Positions 40,525-50,322 of a DNA stretch of 64,000 bases are shown here, one piece after another. Made by a program: the position numbers and the translations under genes. This DNA comes from Actinomycetota bacterium. Lineage in GTDB: Bacteria > Actinomycetota > Actinomycetes > S36-B12 > GCA-2699445. The stretch is from positions 29,339-93,338 of the forward strand of contig JAPOIY010000004.1 of assembly GCA_029978705.1 (NCBI GenBank), read 5' to 3'. The number at the start of each line of letters is the position of its first letter. The stretch's first letter is position 1. Under the pieces are notes generated by a model. The model saw only the letters and a program-made list of their open reading frames with translations, was not told where the DNA came from and ran no database searches.

Positions 40525-41391
40525 GTGCCGGGGCGAACCAGACGACTGCTGACGGCCTATCGCCGGGCGGGCGAGGCGGCGGCGGACGCGGCAGAGCCGC
40601 GCCCGGAGTCGCAGGCGGACCCCCGCGTGGCCGCCTTCTTCGACATCGACAACACCGTGATCCGCGGCTCCAGCATGTTCCACTTCGCGCGGGGCGCTGC
40701 CCGCCGCGGGCTGGTCACCCCCCGCGACATCGCTGGGTTCGCCGCGGCCCAGGTGCGGTTCGCGCTCCTCGGTGGGGAGGACTTGGACGACATGGCCGAG
40801 GCCATCGAGGCTGGGCTGGCCTTCGTCCGGGACAAGCCGGCCGAGGAGATCTCGGCCCTCGCCGAGGACGTCTTCGACGACATCATGAGCGACAAACTCT
40901 GGCCCGGGACGATCGCGTTGGCCCACCGGCACCTCGACGCCGGCGAGCCGGTCTGGCTCGTCTCGGCTGCCCCGGTCGAACTGGCGCGGGTGATCGCAGC
41001 TCGGCTGGGTTTCACCGGCGCCCTGGGAACGGTGTCGGAGATCGTGGCCGGCCGCTACACGGGCGTCCTCGTCGGTCACCCCCTGCACGGCGTGGCCAAG
41101 GCGGAGGCAGTGCGCGCCCTGGCGCAGCGCGATGACCTCGACCTCCAGCTCTGTTATGCCTACTCGGACTCCGCGAACGACCTGCCCATGCTGTCCAGCG
41201 TGGGCCACCCGGTGGCCGTGAACCCCGACGCCGACCTGCGGGAGCAGGCCCGGGACAACGGATGGCCGGTGTACAACTTCCGCCGCCGCCGCACGCTGAC
41301 CCACGTGGGGATCCCGGCCCTGGCGACCGTGGCCGTGGCCACCGCGGCCGGGGCCGCCGCTGGAGTGGCCGCCTCCCGCCGGAGAGGGTGA
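40525..41391 (+). CDS. HAD-IB family hydrolase (SerB1-like)
   Basis: AFFDIDNT, LVSA, K, YSDSANDLPML, AVNPD; C-terminal TM. Confidence 0.88.
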   Translation: MPGRTRRLLTAYRRAGEAAADAAEPRPESQADPRVAAFFDIDNTVIRGSSMFHFARGAARRGLVTPRDIAGFAAAQVRFALLGGEDLDDMAEAIEAGLAFVRDKPAEEISALAEDVFDDIMSDKLWPGTIALAHRHLDAGEPVWLVSAAPVELARVIAARLGFTGALGTVSEIVAGRYTGVLVGHPLHGVAKAEAVRALAQRDDLDLQLCYAYSDSANDLPMLSSVGHPVAVNPDADLREQARDNGWPVYNFRRRRTLTHVGIPALATVAVATAAGAAAGVAASRRRG

Positions 41392-41565
41392 CGGGACCAC
41401 CTGACTGCGTGAGATGCCGCTCCGGTGGTTCCGCCCCGCATTCCGCCCGCGATTCGCGGCCCACGTCGGCAACGTCGCACCCGCGTCACCGTAATGGCCT
41501 ATCCGCGCACCCCCGACGCCGGCCGAACCTGCTAGCGGACCGTCACATCTCACGAGGGACAGCAC

Positions 41566-43581
41566 ATGCGCGTCAGTCTCCGGCTTCTCCTGGCCTCCCT
41601 GGTTGCCACTCTCGTCGCAGCGACCCTCAGCGCGCTGCCCCCGGCCTCCGCGGCGGCGGCCGGCACGCTGCCGCCACTGCCGTTGCGCACGCAGGGCAAC
41701 CGCATCGTCGACGCCACCGGTCAGGAGGTCGTCCTGCAGGGCGTCAACTGGTTCGGGATGGAGACCAGCACCCACGCGCCGCACGGTCTGTGGTCCCGGG
41801 ACTACCGCGACATGCTGCGACAGATGGCGTCCCTCGGGTTCAACACGGTGCGCCTGCCGTTCTCCTTGCAGTCCGTGCGGGCGGCGACGACGAACGGCAT
41901 CGACTACGGCGCGGGACGCAACGCCGCCTTGGCGGGACGCACGCCGCTGCAGGTGATGGACGAGATCATCGCCGAGGCCGGCCGCAACGGCCTGATGGTG
42001 ATCCTCGACAACCACTCCCAGGCAGACGACGGCTTCATGTACGACCTCTGGTACGGCCAGAGCGGCTTCACCGAGGACGACTGGGTGGCGACCTGGCGTC
42101 AGCTGGCCGCCCGGTACCGGGACACTCCCAACGTCATCGGCTTCGACCTGAAGAACGAACCCCACGGCGCGGCGACCTGGGGAACCGGCGGCGCCACGGA
42201 CTGGCGCCGGGCCGCGGAGCGGGCCGGTAACGCCGTGCTGGCCGACGCCCCGGACAAACTGATCCTCGTGGAGGGCATCGAGGGCCAAGTGGCCGGTGGC
42301 CAGCAACTGGACCGTCACTGGTGGGGCGGCAACCTGGAGGGCGTGCGGGCCAACCCCGTGCGACTGTCGGTGCCGAACCGTCTGGTGTACTCCCCCCACG
42401 AGTACGGGCCGGGCGTCTTCGCCCAGCCGTGGTTCTCCGACCCGAATGTGGCGACCATCCTCGCGGACCGGTGGGACAAGGGTTTCGGCTACATCCACGA
42501 CCAGGGCATCGCGCCGGTCCTCATCGGTGAGTTCGGGGCCAAGAACGTCGGACTCGACACGACCGAAGGCCGCTGGATCCGCCAGTTCGCCGACTACCTC
42601 GGCCGCAAGGGCATGCACTGGACGTTCTGGGCGTGGAATCCCAACTCGGGAGACACCGGAGGTGTCCTGACCGACGACTGGACGACCGTGCACACCGACA
42701 AGATGGCCCTCCTCACCGCGCTGCAGCGCCGGGAGGCCATCCCTTTCTCCGGCGGGTCGGGTCCGGCCCCAACCGCAAGTGCCCCCGCCAGCCCCAGCGC
42801 CACGCCGTCGCCGGTACCCAGCAGCCCGGCACCCAGCAGCCCGGCACCCAGCAGCCCGGCCTCCGGGCTGACCGCCCGGCTGATCACCGACTCACAGTGG
42901 AACGGCGGCTGGTGCGGCAAGGTGGCGGTCGCAAACCCCGGTGCGGCGCCCGTCGCCATCCAGTCGGTGGCCGTGACACTGCCCGCCGGCAGTAGCGTCA
43001 CGTCCGTCTGGAACGGCACCCCCTCCGTGGCCGGCCGCAGCCTCGTGGTGCGTACGCCCGCGTGGGCCTCGGCTCCCGCAGGCGGCACCTACTCCGACAC
43101 GGGCATGTGTGTGACGGTGGGGACGCCGACCGACCCCACCGTCAACGGTGGAACACCGGCGCCAACGGCGACTCCGACCGTGGCGCCCAGTGTCACCCCC
43201 ACCCCCACGCCCACCGCGACGCCCACGGTCGTTCCGACGCCGCCGGTCACCCCGAGCCCGACGGCGAGCCCCACCGCCACGTCACCCGGAGGCACGCTGA
43301 CCGCGCGCCTCGTCACGGACTCCCGGTGGAACGGAGGCTGGTGCGGCAGGATCACCGTCACCAACACCGGGACCGCGCGGTCCGCGGTCACCACCCTGGG
43401 GATCACGCTGGCGCCCGGCAGCACGGTGACGTCGCTGTGGAACGGCACCGGCACCGCGTCCGGTCAGGTCTTGGCGATCCGCACCCCCGCGTGGGCCGCC
43501 GTGGACCCCGGCCGGACCTACACCGATACGGGCCTGTGCGTCACCGGGGAGGCCCCGACGCAGCCCACGGTCACGCCGTGA
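41566..43581 (+). CDS. Secreted GH5 endoglucanase with P/S/T linkers and two CBM2-like domains
   Basis: GVNWFGME, FNTVRLPF, LDNH, KNEPH (acid/base), YSPHEYG, IGEFG (nucleophile), WNPNSGDTGG; two WNGGWC..WNG modules. Confidence 0.88.
   Translation: MRVSLRLLLASLVATLVAATLSALPPASAAAAGTLPPLPLRTQGNRIVDATGQEVVLQGVNWFGMETSTHAPHGLWSRDYRDMLRQMASLGFNTVRLPFSLQSVRAATTNGIDYGAGRNAALAGRTPLQVMDEIIAEAGRNGLMVILDNHSQADDGFMYDLWYGQSGFTEDDWVATWRQLAARYRDTPNVIGFDLKNEPHGAATWGTGGATDWRRAAERAGNAVLADAPDKLILVEGIEGQVAGGQQLDRHWWGGNLEGVRANPVRLSVPNRLVYSPHEYGPGVFAQPWFSDPNVATILADRWDKGFGYIHDQGIAPVLIGEFGAKNVGLDTTEGRWIRQFADYLGRKGMHWTFWAWNPNSGDTGGVLTDDWTTVHTDKMALLTALQRREAIPFSGGSGPAPTASAPASPSATPSPVPSSPAPSSPAPSSPASGLTARLITDSQWNGGWCGKVAVANPGAAPVAIQSVAVTLPAGSSVTSVWNGTPSVAGRSLVVRTPAWASAPAGGTYSDTGMCVTVGTPTDPTVNGGTPAPTATPTVAPSVTPTPTPTATPTVVPTPPVTPSPTASPTATSPGGTLTARLVTDSRWNGGWCGRITVTNTGTARSAVTTLGITLAPGSTVTSLWNGTGTASGQVLAIRTPAWAAVDPGRTYTDTGLCVTGEAPTQPTVTP
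42817..42861 (+). repeat. 15-bp tandem repeat (CCCAGCAGCCCGGCA) x3 encoding the PSSPA linker
   Basis: Read directly from the sequence; the last copy has one terminal mismatch. Confidence 0.8.
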
Positions 43582-43597
43582 CCGGCTGCCGGGCGGC

Positions 43598-44533
43598 TCA
43601 GAAGAAGACGGAACGCCGCTGAACCAGTAGCCGATAGAGCTGCTGCTGGATGGTCTCGCGCACCTGGTCGGTGAGGTTGAACACCAGCATGGGGTCCTCC
43701 TCCGAGCCTTCCGGGAACTCATCGGTATGGATGGGTTCCCCGAACATGATGATCCACTTGCTGGGGAGCGGAACCATACCGAGGGGGCCGAGCCACGGGA
43801 AGGTCGGTGTCAGCGGGAAGTACGGCAGCCCCAGCAGCCGGGCCAGGACGCGGGCGTCGCCCAGCATGGGGTAGATCTCTTCGGCGCCCACGATCGCGGT
43901 GGGGATGATCGGGACCCGTGCCTTCAGCGCCGCGGCGACGAAGCCGCCGCGACCGAACCGCTGCAACTTGTACCGCTCACTGAACGGCTTCCCCACGCCT
44001 TTGAAACCCTCGGGCCACACTCCGACCAGCTCACCCTTGGTCATCAGCCGTTCGGCGTCGGGCGCACACGCGAGGGTGGACCCGGACTTGCGCGCGAACT
44101 CGCCCACGAACGGGGTGCGGAACACGAGGTCGGCACCGAGCATGCGCAGATGCCGGTGGGCGGGATGGTGGTCCAGCAGGGCGATCTGGGTCATCACCGA
44201 GTCCAGCGCCACCGTGCCCGAGTGGTTGGCTACGACGAGGGCGCCGCCGGTGTCAGGCACGTTCTCGAGGCCGCGGGTCTCGACCCGGAACCACTTCTCG
44301 TACAGGGGCCGCAGCGGCGCCATGAGCACCCGGTCCTGCAACTCGGGGTCGAAGCCGAACTCGTCGACGACGTAGTCGCCGGTCAGCCGGCGACGGAGGA
44401 ACTCCAGGGCACCGGCCACGCGGTCGTCCCACGACGGCCGTTCATAGTCGCTGCCGGGCAACGGCTCGAAGGGAGCCTCGTCATCGTCGCCCTGCGCGGC
44501 GACGTCGATCGGGATGATGCGGGCGTCAGGCAC
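43598..44533 (-). CDS. Lysophospholipid acyltransferase family (Rv0502-like)
   Basis: VDEFGFD, ANHSG (HxxxxxD), WPEG, FGRGGF. Confidence 0.9.
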   Translation of the reverse strand: MPDARIIPIDVAAQGDDDEAPFEPLPGSDYERPSWDDRVAGALEFLRRRLTGDYVVDEFGFDPELQDRVLMAPLRPLYEKWFRVETRGLENVPDTGGALVVANHSGTVALDSVMTQIALLDHHPAHRHLRMLGADLVFRTPFVGEFARKSGSTLACAPDAERLMTKGELVGVWPEGFKGVGKPFSERYKLQRFGRGGFVAAALKARVPIIPTAIVGAEEIYPMLGDARVLARLLGLPYFPLTPTFPWLGPLGMVPLPSKWIIMFGEPIHTDEFPEGSEEDPMLVFNLTDQVRETIQQQLYRLLVQRRSVFF

Positions 44534-45557
44534 GCGAGCCTCCGGAGGTGAGGACGGCGGACAGCGTCTGCTGGACAGCCGTCACGCGTTCGGGATGGAC
44601 GACGGAGTTGAGTCCGCGCGCCGCCACGAAGGAGTCGAACGCCTCGCGGGTGCTGTACTCGGGCTCGAAGCCCAGGATCTCACGCATCCGGGTGGTGTCG
44701 ACGCCCCGGCCGTACGTGAGGAACCGCACCTGCTCGGGGGAGAAGTCCGCCAAGCCGGTGGTGATCATGGCCCGCCCGGCCATGCCCACCAGGGGCGGAA
44801 GCAGGGGGAAGGGCGCGCGGCCGGCCAAGCGGATCGCCTGCGACAGCGGCAGGATCCCGTCGCCGGCGATATTGAAGATCCCGGGCTGGTCGGCCATGGC
44901 GGCCTCATGGATGGCACGCAGCCCGTCGTCCTCGTGCACGAACTGCAGACGCGCGTCGTAGCCCATCACGACGGGGACGGCGGGCAGGCTGAAGTAGCTG
45001 GTCATCGGCGTGTGCACGCTCGGGCCGATGAAGTTGGCGAAACGCAGGGTGGTCACGGTGACATCGGGTCGGCGGCGCGCGAACCCCCGGACGTACGCCT
45101 CGACCTCGACCGAGTCCTTGGCCCAGCCGGTGGCGGGGGCATGTTTCGGTTCGATGTCCTCGGAGAACATGGCCGGGTCGCGCGGCCCCGCCCCGTACAC
45201 GCTCGTGGTCGACTTCACGACCAGCCGCTGCACGCTGGCGGACTTCTGGCACGCCGCCAGCAACTGCATGGTGCCGATGACGTTGATTTCCTTCATCGAC
45301 ATCCGGCCCCCGGCCTGGACCGGAGTGGCGATGACACCCATGTGGACCACCGTGTCCACGTCGGCCGCGTTGATGACCTTGGCGATGATGGGGTTGCGGA
45401 TGTCCGCGCGCACGAACTCCGCCCGGCCGATGTCGTCGCGGGGTGGCACGACATCGACGCCGATCACGCGATCGATGCGGGGATCCTCGGTGAGGCGCCG
45501 GGCCATCTGACCGCCCAGGGACCGGGAGACTCCCGTGACCAGAACGACGTGCCCCAT
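44526..45557 (-). CDS. NAD-dependent epimerase/dehydratase (Rv0501-like)
   Basis: VLVTGVS, KEINVIGTMQL, KST..VYG, LQFVHEDD. Confidence 0.88.
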   Translation of the reverse strand: MGHVVLVTGVSRSLGGQMARRLTEDPRIDRVIGVDVVPPRDDIGRAEFVRADIRNPIIAKVINAADVDTVVHMGVIATPVQAGGRMSMKEINVIGTMQLLAACQKSASVQRLVVKSTTSVYGAGPRDPAMFSEDIEPKHAPATGWAKDSVEVEAYVRGFARRRPDVTVTTLRFANFIGPSVHTPMTSYFSLPAVPVVMGYDARLQFVHEDDGLRAIHEAAMADQPGIFNIAGDGILPLSQAIRLAGRAPFPLLPPLVGMAGRAMITTGLADFSPEQVRFLTYGRGVDTTRMREILGFEPEYSTREAFDSFVAARGLNSVVHPERVTAVQQTLSAVLTSGGSRA

Positions 45558-45586
45558 GACCCCTCCTGCTACTGCGTGACCGGGAA

Positions 45587-45685
45587 CTACTTCTTGTTGC
45601 GGCGCTGCACCCGGGTGCGCTTCAGGAGTTTGCGGTGCTTCTTCTTGGCCATCCGCTTGCGGCGCTTCTTGACGACGGAGCCCAT
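45587..45685 (-). CDS. 30S ribosomal protein bS22 (AURKAIP1/COX24 family)
   Basis: [32 protein letters not shown]. Confidence 0.95.
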   Translation of the reverse strand: MGSVVKKRRKRMAKKKHRKLLKRTRVQRRNKK

Positions 45686-45826
45686 GCAAAGTCCTCGCTG
45701 TCCTGAGTGGTCGGGGCGAGCTGTGCCGGGCACGCCCGGTAGCCACCACCAGCGTAGCCGCAGGCAGGCGCACCCCCCAATCGGCTGCCGCCCGGGGCCC
45801 ACGTCACGATCGGGCCACGGTTGCCG

Positions 45827-47023
45827 TCAGAATCCGGAGAAGCTGTCGGTGGCCAGCCCGAGGTAGGGGAAGACGGCCTGCCGGGTGGCCATGACCGCGG
45901 CGTCCAAGGGATTGGCCGGGTTGTACCCGAGGTCCCAGTTCTTGGGCCACGGGTCGTTGCCGTCCGTCATGAGCGCGGGCCCGGGCCGCCCCATGAGCTC
46001 CTGGACGTAGGCCGACCAGGCCTCGGGGATCGGGCGCCGCGGCTCGATGGGCTGCTCGGTGGCGATGGCGACGACGTTGGTCCACGAGCGGGGCACCACG
46101 TCCACCCACTCGTATCCCCCGCCGCCGGTGGCCACCCACCGGCCACCCGCGTACTTGTGCGCCCACCGGTGCAGCGCCTCAGCGGCCATCCGCTGCCCGT
46201 CGATGGACACGGCGAGACTGGCGAGCGGGTCCTCGAAGTGCGAATCGCAGCCGTGCTGGGACACGAGGATCTGCGGCTGGAAAGCCTCGAGCACCTGGGG
46301 GACGACAGCGTGGAACGCCCGCAGCCAGCCCTGGTCCCCAGTGCCGGCCGGCACGGCGATGTTGACGGCGGTGCCCAGGGCGGTGGGCCCGCCGATCTCG
46401 GTCGGCCAGCCCGTGCCGGGGAAGAGCGTCGCGGGACTCTCGTGGATGGACACGGTGAGCACCCGGGGGTCGTCCCAGAATGCGGCCTGCACACCGTCCC
46501 CGTGGTGCACGTCCACGTCCACGTAGGCCACCCGCTCCACCCCCTGGTCCAGCAGCCACTGGATGGACACGGCCAGGTCGTTGTAGACGCAGAAGCCCGA
46601 CGACCGGTCGGGCATGGCGTGGTGCAGGCCCCCCGCGATGTTGACGGCGTGCTCGGCCTCCCCGCTGTGCACCGCCCGGACCGCCGCCAGCGTCGCGCCG
46701 CACACCCGGGCCGCCGCGGTGTGCATGTCGGGGAACACCGGGGTATCGGCTGTTCCCAGCCCGAACCGCAGGTCGCTGTAGCCGGGATCGGTGGCCCCAC
46801 GTTTGACGGCTGCGATCAGTTCCGGAGTGTGCACCCGCAGCAGCACATCGTCGGATACGACGGGGATGTCCCCGTCGACGTGGACGTGGGCGGCGTCCAG
46901 CAGGCCGAACTCGTTGATCAGCCGCCAGGCCAGCTCGACGCGGACCGGGCTGAGCGGATGGCCGTGGCCGAAGTCGTAGGCCCGCAGTGCGTCGGACCAC
47001 GAGACCACGACCTGCTCGCTCAC
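45827..47023 (-). CDS. acuC: AcuC-like histone-deacetylase-family protein deacetylase
   Basis: GGLHHA, GFCVYND, DVDVHHGDG, SIHE, FPGTG, GCDSH, GGGGY. Confidence 0.9.
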   Translation of the reverse strand: MSEQVVVSWSDALRAYDFGHGHPLSPVRVELAWRLINEFGLLDAAHVHVDGDIPVVSDDVLLRVHTPELIAAVKRGATDPGYSDLRFGLGTADTPVFPDMHTAAARVCGATLAAVRAVHSGEAEHAVNIAGGLHHAMPDRSSGFCVYNDLAVSIQWLLDQGVERVAYVDVDVHHGDGVQAAFWDDPRVLTVSIHESPATLFPGTGWPTEIGGPTALGTAVNIAVPAGTGDQGWLRAFHAVVPQVLEAFQPQILVSQHGCDSHFEDPLASLAVSIDGQRMAAEALHRWAHKYAGGRWVATGGGGYEWVDVVPRSWTNVVAIATEQPIEPRRPIPEAWSAYVQELMGRPGPALMTDGNDPWPKNWDLGYNPANPLDAAVMATRQAVFPYLGLATDSFSGF

Positions 47024-47024
47024 G

Positions 47025-47822
47025 TCAGGATCCCAACTCCCGGGAACGGTCCCGGGCCGCCTCCAGCGCCGCCAGGAAGGCCGCCCGGACACTGTGTGCC
47101 TCGAGTTTGCGGAGGGCGGCGGCGGTGGTCCCGCCGGGACTGGTCACCTGTTCCCGCAGCACGGTCGGGTGCTGGGCGGTGTCCCGCAGCAGTTTCGCGC
47201 TGCCGTAGGCGGTCTGGACCGCGAGCTGGGTGGCGGTGGTGCGCGGCAGCCCGAGATGCACCCCCGCCTCGATCATGGACTCGACGACGAAGAAGAGGTA
47301 GGCGGGACCGGACCCCGAGATCGCCGTGACAGCGTCCTGCTGCTTCTCCGGGACCCGGATGACCTGCCCGACCGCACGCATCAGGGACTCGGCCTCGAGG
47401 AGATGCCGCTCGTCGCAGGTCGAGCCCGGTGAGATCGCCGAGATTCCCTCGTCGACCAATGCGGGGGTGTTCGGCATCACGCGCACGACGGCGGTGCCGG
47501 CGGGCAGCCCGGTCTCGAGGAACCCGGTGGTGATCCCGGCGGCCAAGGAGATGACCAAAGCCCCAGGCCGGACGTAGTCGTGGATCTCGGCGAGCACGGC
47601 GGCCATGTCCTGAGGTTTCACGACCAGCGCGACCGTGTCGGCGGCAGCCGCTGCCTCGGTGTTGCCCATGACAGCCACGCCGTAACGTTCCGTCAGTTCG
47701 GCGCCCCGCTCCTCACGGCGCTCGGCGATGACGATCTGCTCGGGCCCGCGGCCGGCCCGCAGCAGCCCGGACAGCAGGGTCTCCCCCATGACGCCCGCGC
47801 CGAGGATGGCGATCACACTCAC
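47025..47822 (-). CDS. proC: Pyrroline-5-carboxylate reductase
   Basis: GAGVMG, VKP, RVMPNTP, SGSGPAY, VTSPGGTT. Confidence 0.95.
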   Translation of the reverse strand: MSVIAILGAGVMGETLLSGLLRAGRGPEQIVIAERREERGAELTERYGVAVMGNTEAAAAADTVALVVKPQDMAAVLAEIHDYVRPGALVISLAAGITTGFLETGLPAGTAVVRVMPNTPALVDEGISAISPGSTCDERHLLEAESLMRAVGQVIRVPEKQQDAVTAISGSGPAYLFFVVESMIEAGVHLGLPRTTATQLAVQTAYGSAKLLRDTAQHPTVLREQVTSPGGTTAAALRKLEAHSVRAAFLAALEAARDRSRELGS

Positions 47823-47829
47823 GGGACCC

Positions 47830-48759
47830 TCACTTCTTGGAGGAGAGGCTTCTCAGGAACAAGCCCAGGTTGGCCGGCTTCTCTGCCATGCGGCGGACCA
47901 TGTAGCCGTACCAGTCCTGGCCGTAGGGGATGTAGACGCGCATCTTCTCGCCCTGGTCCGCGAGCCGTTGCTGCTCCTCGGGACGGACCCCGTACAGCAT
48001 CTGCTGCTCGTAGGAGCCCTTCGGGCGGTCGTTGTGGATCGCGAGGGACTGGGAGATGTCGATCAGCCGCGGATCGTGGCTGGCGATCATCGGGTAGCCC
48101 TCGCCGGCCATGAGGATCTTCATGCAGCGCACGTACGCCAGGTCGACCTCGTGCCGCGACTGGTAGGCCACCGCCTCCGGCTCCTTGTAGGCGCCCTTGC
48201 ACAGGCGGATCCGGGAGCCGGCATCCGACAGATCACGGCAGTCGGCCTCGCTGCGGTAGAGGTAGGCCTGGATGACGCCGCCCGTCGCGGGGAAGTCCCG
48301 GCGCAGCTCCTGCAGGATCGACAGCGTGGAGTCGGTGGTGGTGTGGTCCTCCATGTCGAGGGTGACAGTGGTGCCGTACTCCGTGGCCCGGGCGCAGATC
48401 TCCCGAGCGAAGTCGAGGGCGATCTTCTCGCCGTCCCCGGGCAGCGCCTGCCCCACGGCGGACAGCTTCACGGACACCTCGGCGTCAGTGGTGAGCCCGT
48501 TGGCGGCCAGGGCGTCCAGCAGGGCCAGGTAGTCGTCCCGGGTCTGTTCGGCCTGACGCATTTCCAGGACGTCCTCGCCCAGCCGGTCGATGGTGGCCAG
48601 CCGTCCGGTGGCGGCGAGGTCGGCGGCCGCGGCGACGGCGTCCGGGATCTCCTCGCCGGCGATGAAACGTGTGACGACATCGCGCGTGACCGGCATGGTC
48701 GCCGACAGATCCTTGATCTTGTCGTTGCGCGACACCGTCATGAGGGCTTCGCGGAGCAT
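47830..48759 (-). CDS. Monofunctional proline dehydrogenase
   Basis: RFIAGE, SVKLS, DMED, QAYLYRS, RLCKGAY, ASHD, QMLYG, RRMAE. Confidence 0.93.
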   Translation of the reverse strand: MLREALMTVSRNDKIKDLSATMPVTRDVVTRFIAGEEIPDAVAAAADLAATGRLATIDRLGEDVLEMRQAEQTRDDYLALLDALAANGLTTDAEVSVKLSAVGQALPGDGEKIALDFAREICARATEYGTTVTLDMEDHTTTDSTLSILQELRRDFPATGGVIQAYLYRSEADCRDLSDAGSRIRLCKGAYKEPEAVAYQSRHEVDLAYVRCMKILMAGEGYPMIASHDPRLIDISQSLAIHNDRPKGSYEQQMLYGVRPEEQQRLADQGEKMRVYIPYGQDWYGYMVRRMAEKPANLGLFLRSLSSKK

Positions 48760-48833
48760 GCGTCCTCCCGATGGATCTTCCTGTTGCTGGCAGGCTAGTG
48801 GGTGCGTCGCGGGCGCGCCCCCGCGACGTCAGG

Positions 48834-49433
48834 TCACGGCGACGCGGCCGACCGGCTCAGGCCCTTGACGGGCTTCGTGGGATCCAACAGATCCTGGATC
48901 ATCGGAGCGTAGATGCGGACCACCTCGTCCTCGGACGCCGACGCCAGCGGCTCCAGCTTCACGACGTAGCGGGTGGCGGCCAGACCGATCAGGTGGCTGG
49001 AGATGAGCGCAGCCCGCATCCGGGCGTCGGGAATGCCGACCACCGCCGCGACCCGGTCCACGACGGCCTCCTCGAGGAAGTCCCGCAGCGACTGGGCGGC
49101 CTTGCCGGCCGAGGAGCCGGCCTGGAACAGGTCGACGATCTGCTGGCGCGTGTTCTCGTCCTTCAGCACGTCGAACGTGCTCCGGACCAGCCGCTCCCCC
49201 ATGCCGTCCAGGCCGGGCGCGAGCAGTTCGGGCACGGACCGGGACGGGTCGAACGGCAGGCGCATGGCGGCGGCGAACATCTGTTCCTTGTTCGCGTAGT
49301 ACTTGCGGGCCACGGAGGGAGCCACGCCGGCGGCGGCGGCGACGCCGCGCATGGTCGTCTTGGCGTAGCCGCGGGTGTGGAACGCCGCGCGTGCGGCGTC
49401 CAGGACCGCGTCGGCTACCTCGTCCCTGGCCAC
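48834..49433 (-). CDS. TetR family transcriptional regulator
   Basis: AARAAF..GYAKTTMRGVA..AGV HTH; RYVVKLEPLAS C-terminus. Confidence 0.88.
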   Translation of the reverse strand: MARDEVADAVLDAARAAFHTRGYAKTTMRGVAAAAGVAPSVARKYYANKEQMFAAAMRLPFDPSRSVPELLAPGLDGMGERLVRSTFDVLKDENTRQQIVDLFQAGSSAGKAAQSLRDFLEEAVVDRVAAVVGIPDARMRAALISSHLIGLAATRYVVKLEPLASASEDEVVRIYAPMIQDLLDPTKPVKGLSRSAASP

Positions 49434-49437
49434 AGCC

Positions 49438-50322
49438 TCACTGTAGGGAAGAGTCGCGCGGCACGCGCCCCCTTCGCCGTTCCGCCGGTGGGACGGCGAG
49501 GTGGAGGCGGGCGAACGCCAACGCCTCCGCGAGGTCGGCTTCCCGCTCCGCGCGCGACGACGCCTTGCGGGTGGAGACCTCGACGACCACCGTGCCCGTG
49601 AACTGCCGCCGGGCGAGCACCTCCAGCAGTTCCCCGGCGGGCTGGCTGCCGCGGCCGGGGATCAGGTGCTCGTCGCGCGCCGAACCGGTGCCGTCGGCGA
49701 GGTGGATGTGGGCGAGGCGGTCACCCAGGTCGTCGGCGACCTTGAGGGGGTCGGATTGACTCACGGCCGTGTGGGACAGGTCCAGGGTCGTGTGGGGGTA
49801 GTCGGCCAGCCGGACGTCCCAGCCGGGCGCGTAGGCGGCCACTTCGCGTGAGCGGGCCCGCCACGGGTACATGTTCTCCACGGCGAACCGGATGTCGGTC
49901 TCGTCCCCCATCCGCTTGAGTCCCAACACGAAGTCCCGGGAGTACTCGCGCTGCCAGCGGAAGGGCGGATGGACGACGACGGTGCCGGCCCCCAGTTTCT
50001 CGGCGGCGGCGCGCGCCCGCACGAGCTTGCCCCAGGGGTCGGTACCCCACACGCGCTGGGTGACCAGCAGGCACGGAGCGTGGACCGCGAGGATGGGCAT
50101 GGCGTAGTGGTCCGACAACCGCTTCAGAGCGTCCGGGTCCTGGCTGACCTGGTCGGTCATGACCATCACCTCGACGCCGTCGTACCCCAGTCGACCGGCG
50201 ATCTCGAAGGCGGCCGCGGTGGACTCCGGATAGACCGAGGCGGTGGACAGGGCCACCTTGGCGTCGGGGACGTGCACCGCCCGCGACGGGTCGGCGGCCG
50301 GGCGGCGACGGCGCGGGCTCAC
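49438..50322 (-). CDS. Sugar phosphate isomerase/epimerase TIM-barrel (Rv0498-like); start uncertain
   Basis: [42 protein letters not shown]. Confidence 0.85.
   Translation of the reverse strand: MSPRRRRPAADPSRAVHVPDAKVALSTASVYPESTAAAFEIAGRLGYDGVEVMVMTDQVSQDPDALKRLSDHYAMPILAVHAPCLLVTQRVWGTDPWGKLVRARAAAEKLGAGTVVVHPPFRWQREYSRDFVLGLKRMGDETDIRFAVENMYPWRARSREVAAYAPGWDVRLADYPHTTLDLSHTAVSQSDPLKVADDLGDRLAHIHLADGTGSARDEHLIPGRGSQPAGELLEVLARRQFTGTVVVEVSTRKASSRAEREADLAEALAFARLHLAVPPAERRRGRVPRDSSLQ

Noticed and set aside
41392..41565. CebR operator upstream of the GH5 gene
   Set aside because: No TGGGAGCGCTCCCA-like palindrome is present.
42770..43290. Repetitive C-rich tracts as a CRISPR or VNTR-like array
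   Set aside because: They encode the Pro/Ser/Thr linkers of the GH5 enzyme; there is no repeat-spacer structure and no cas gene.
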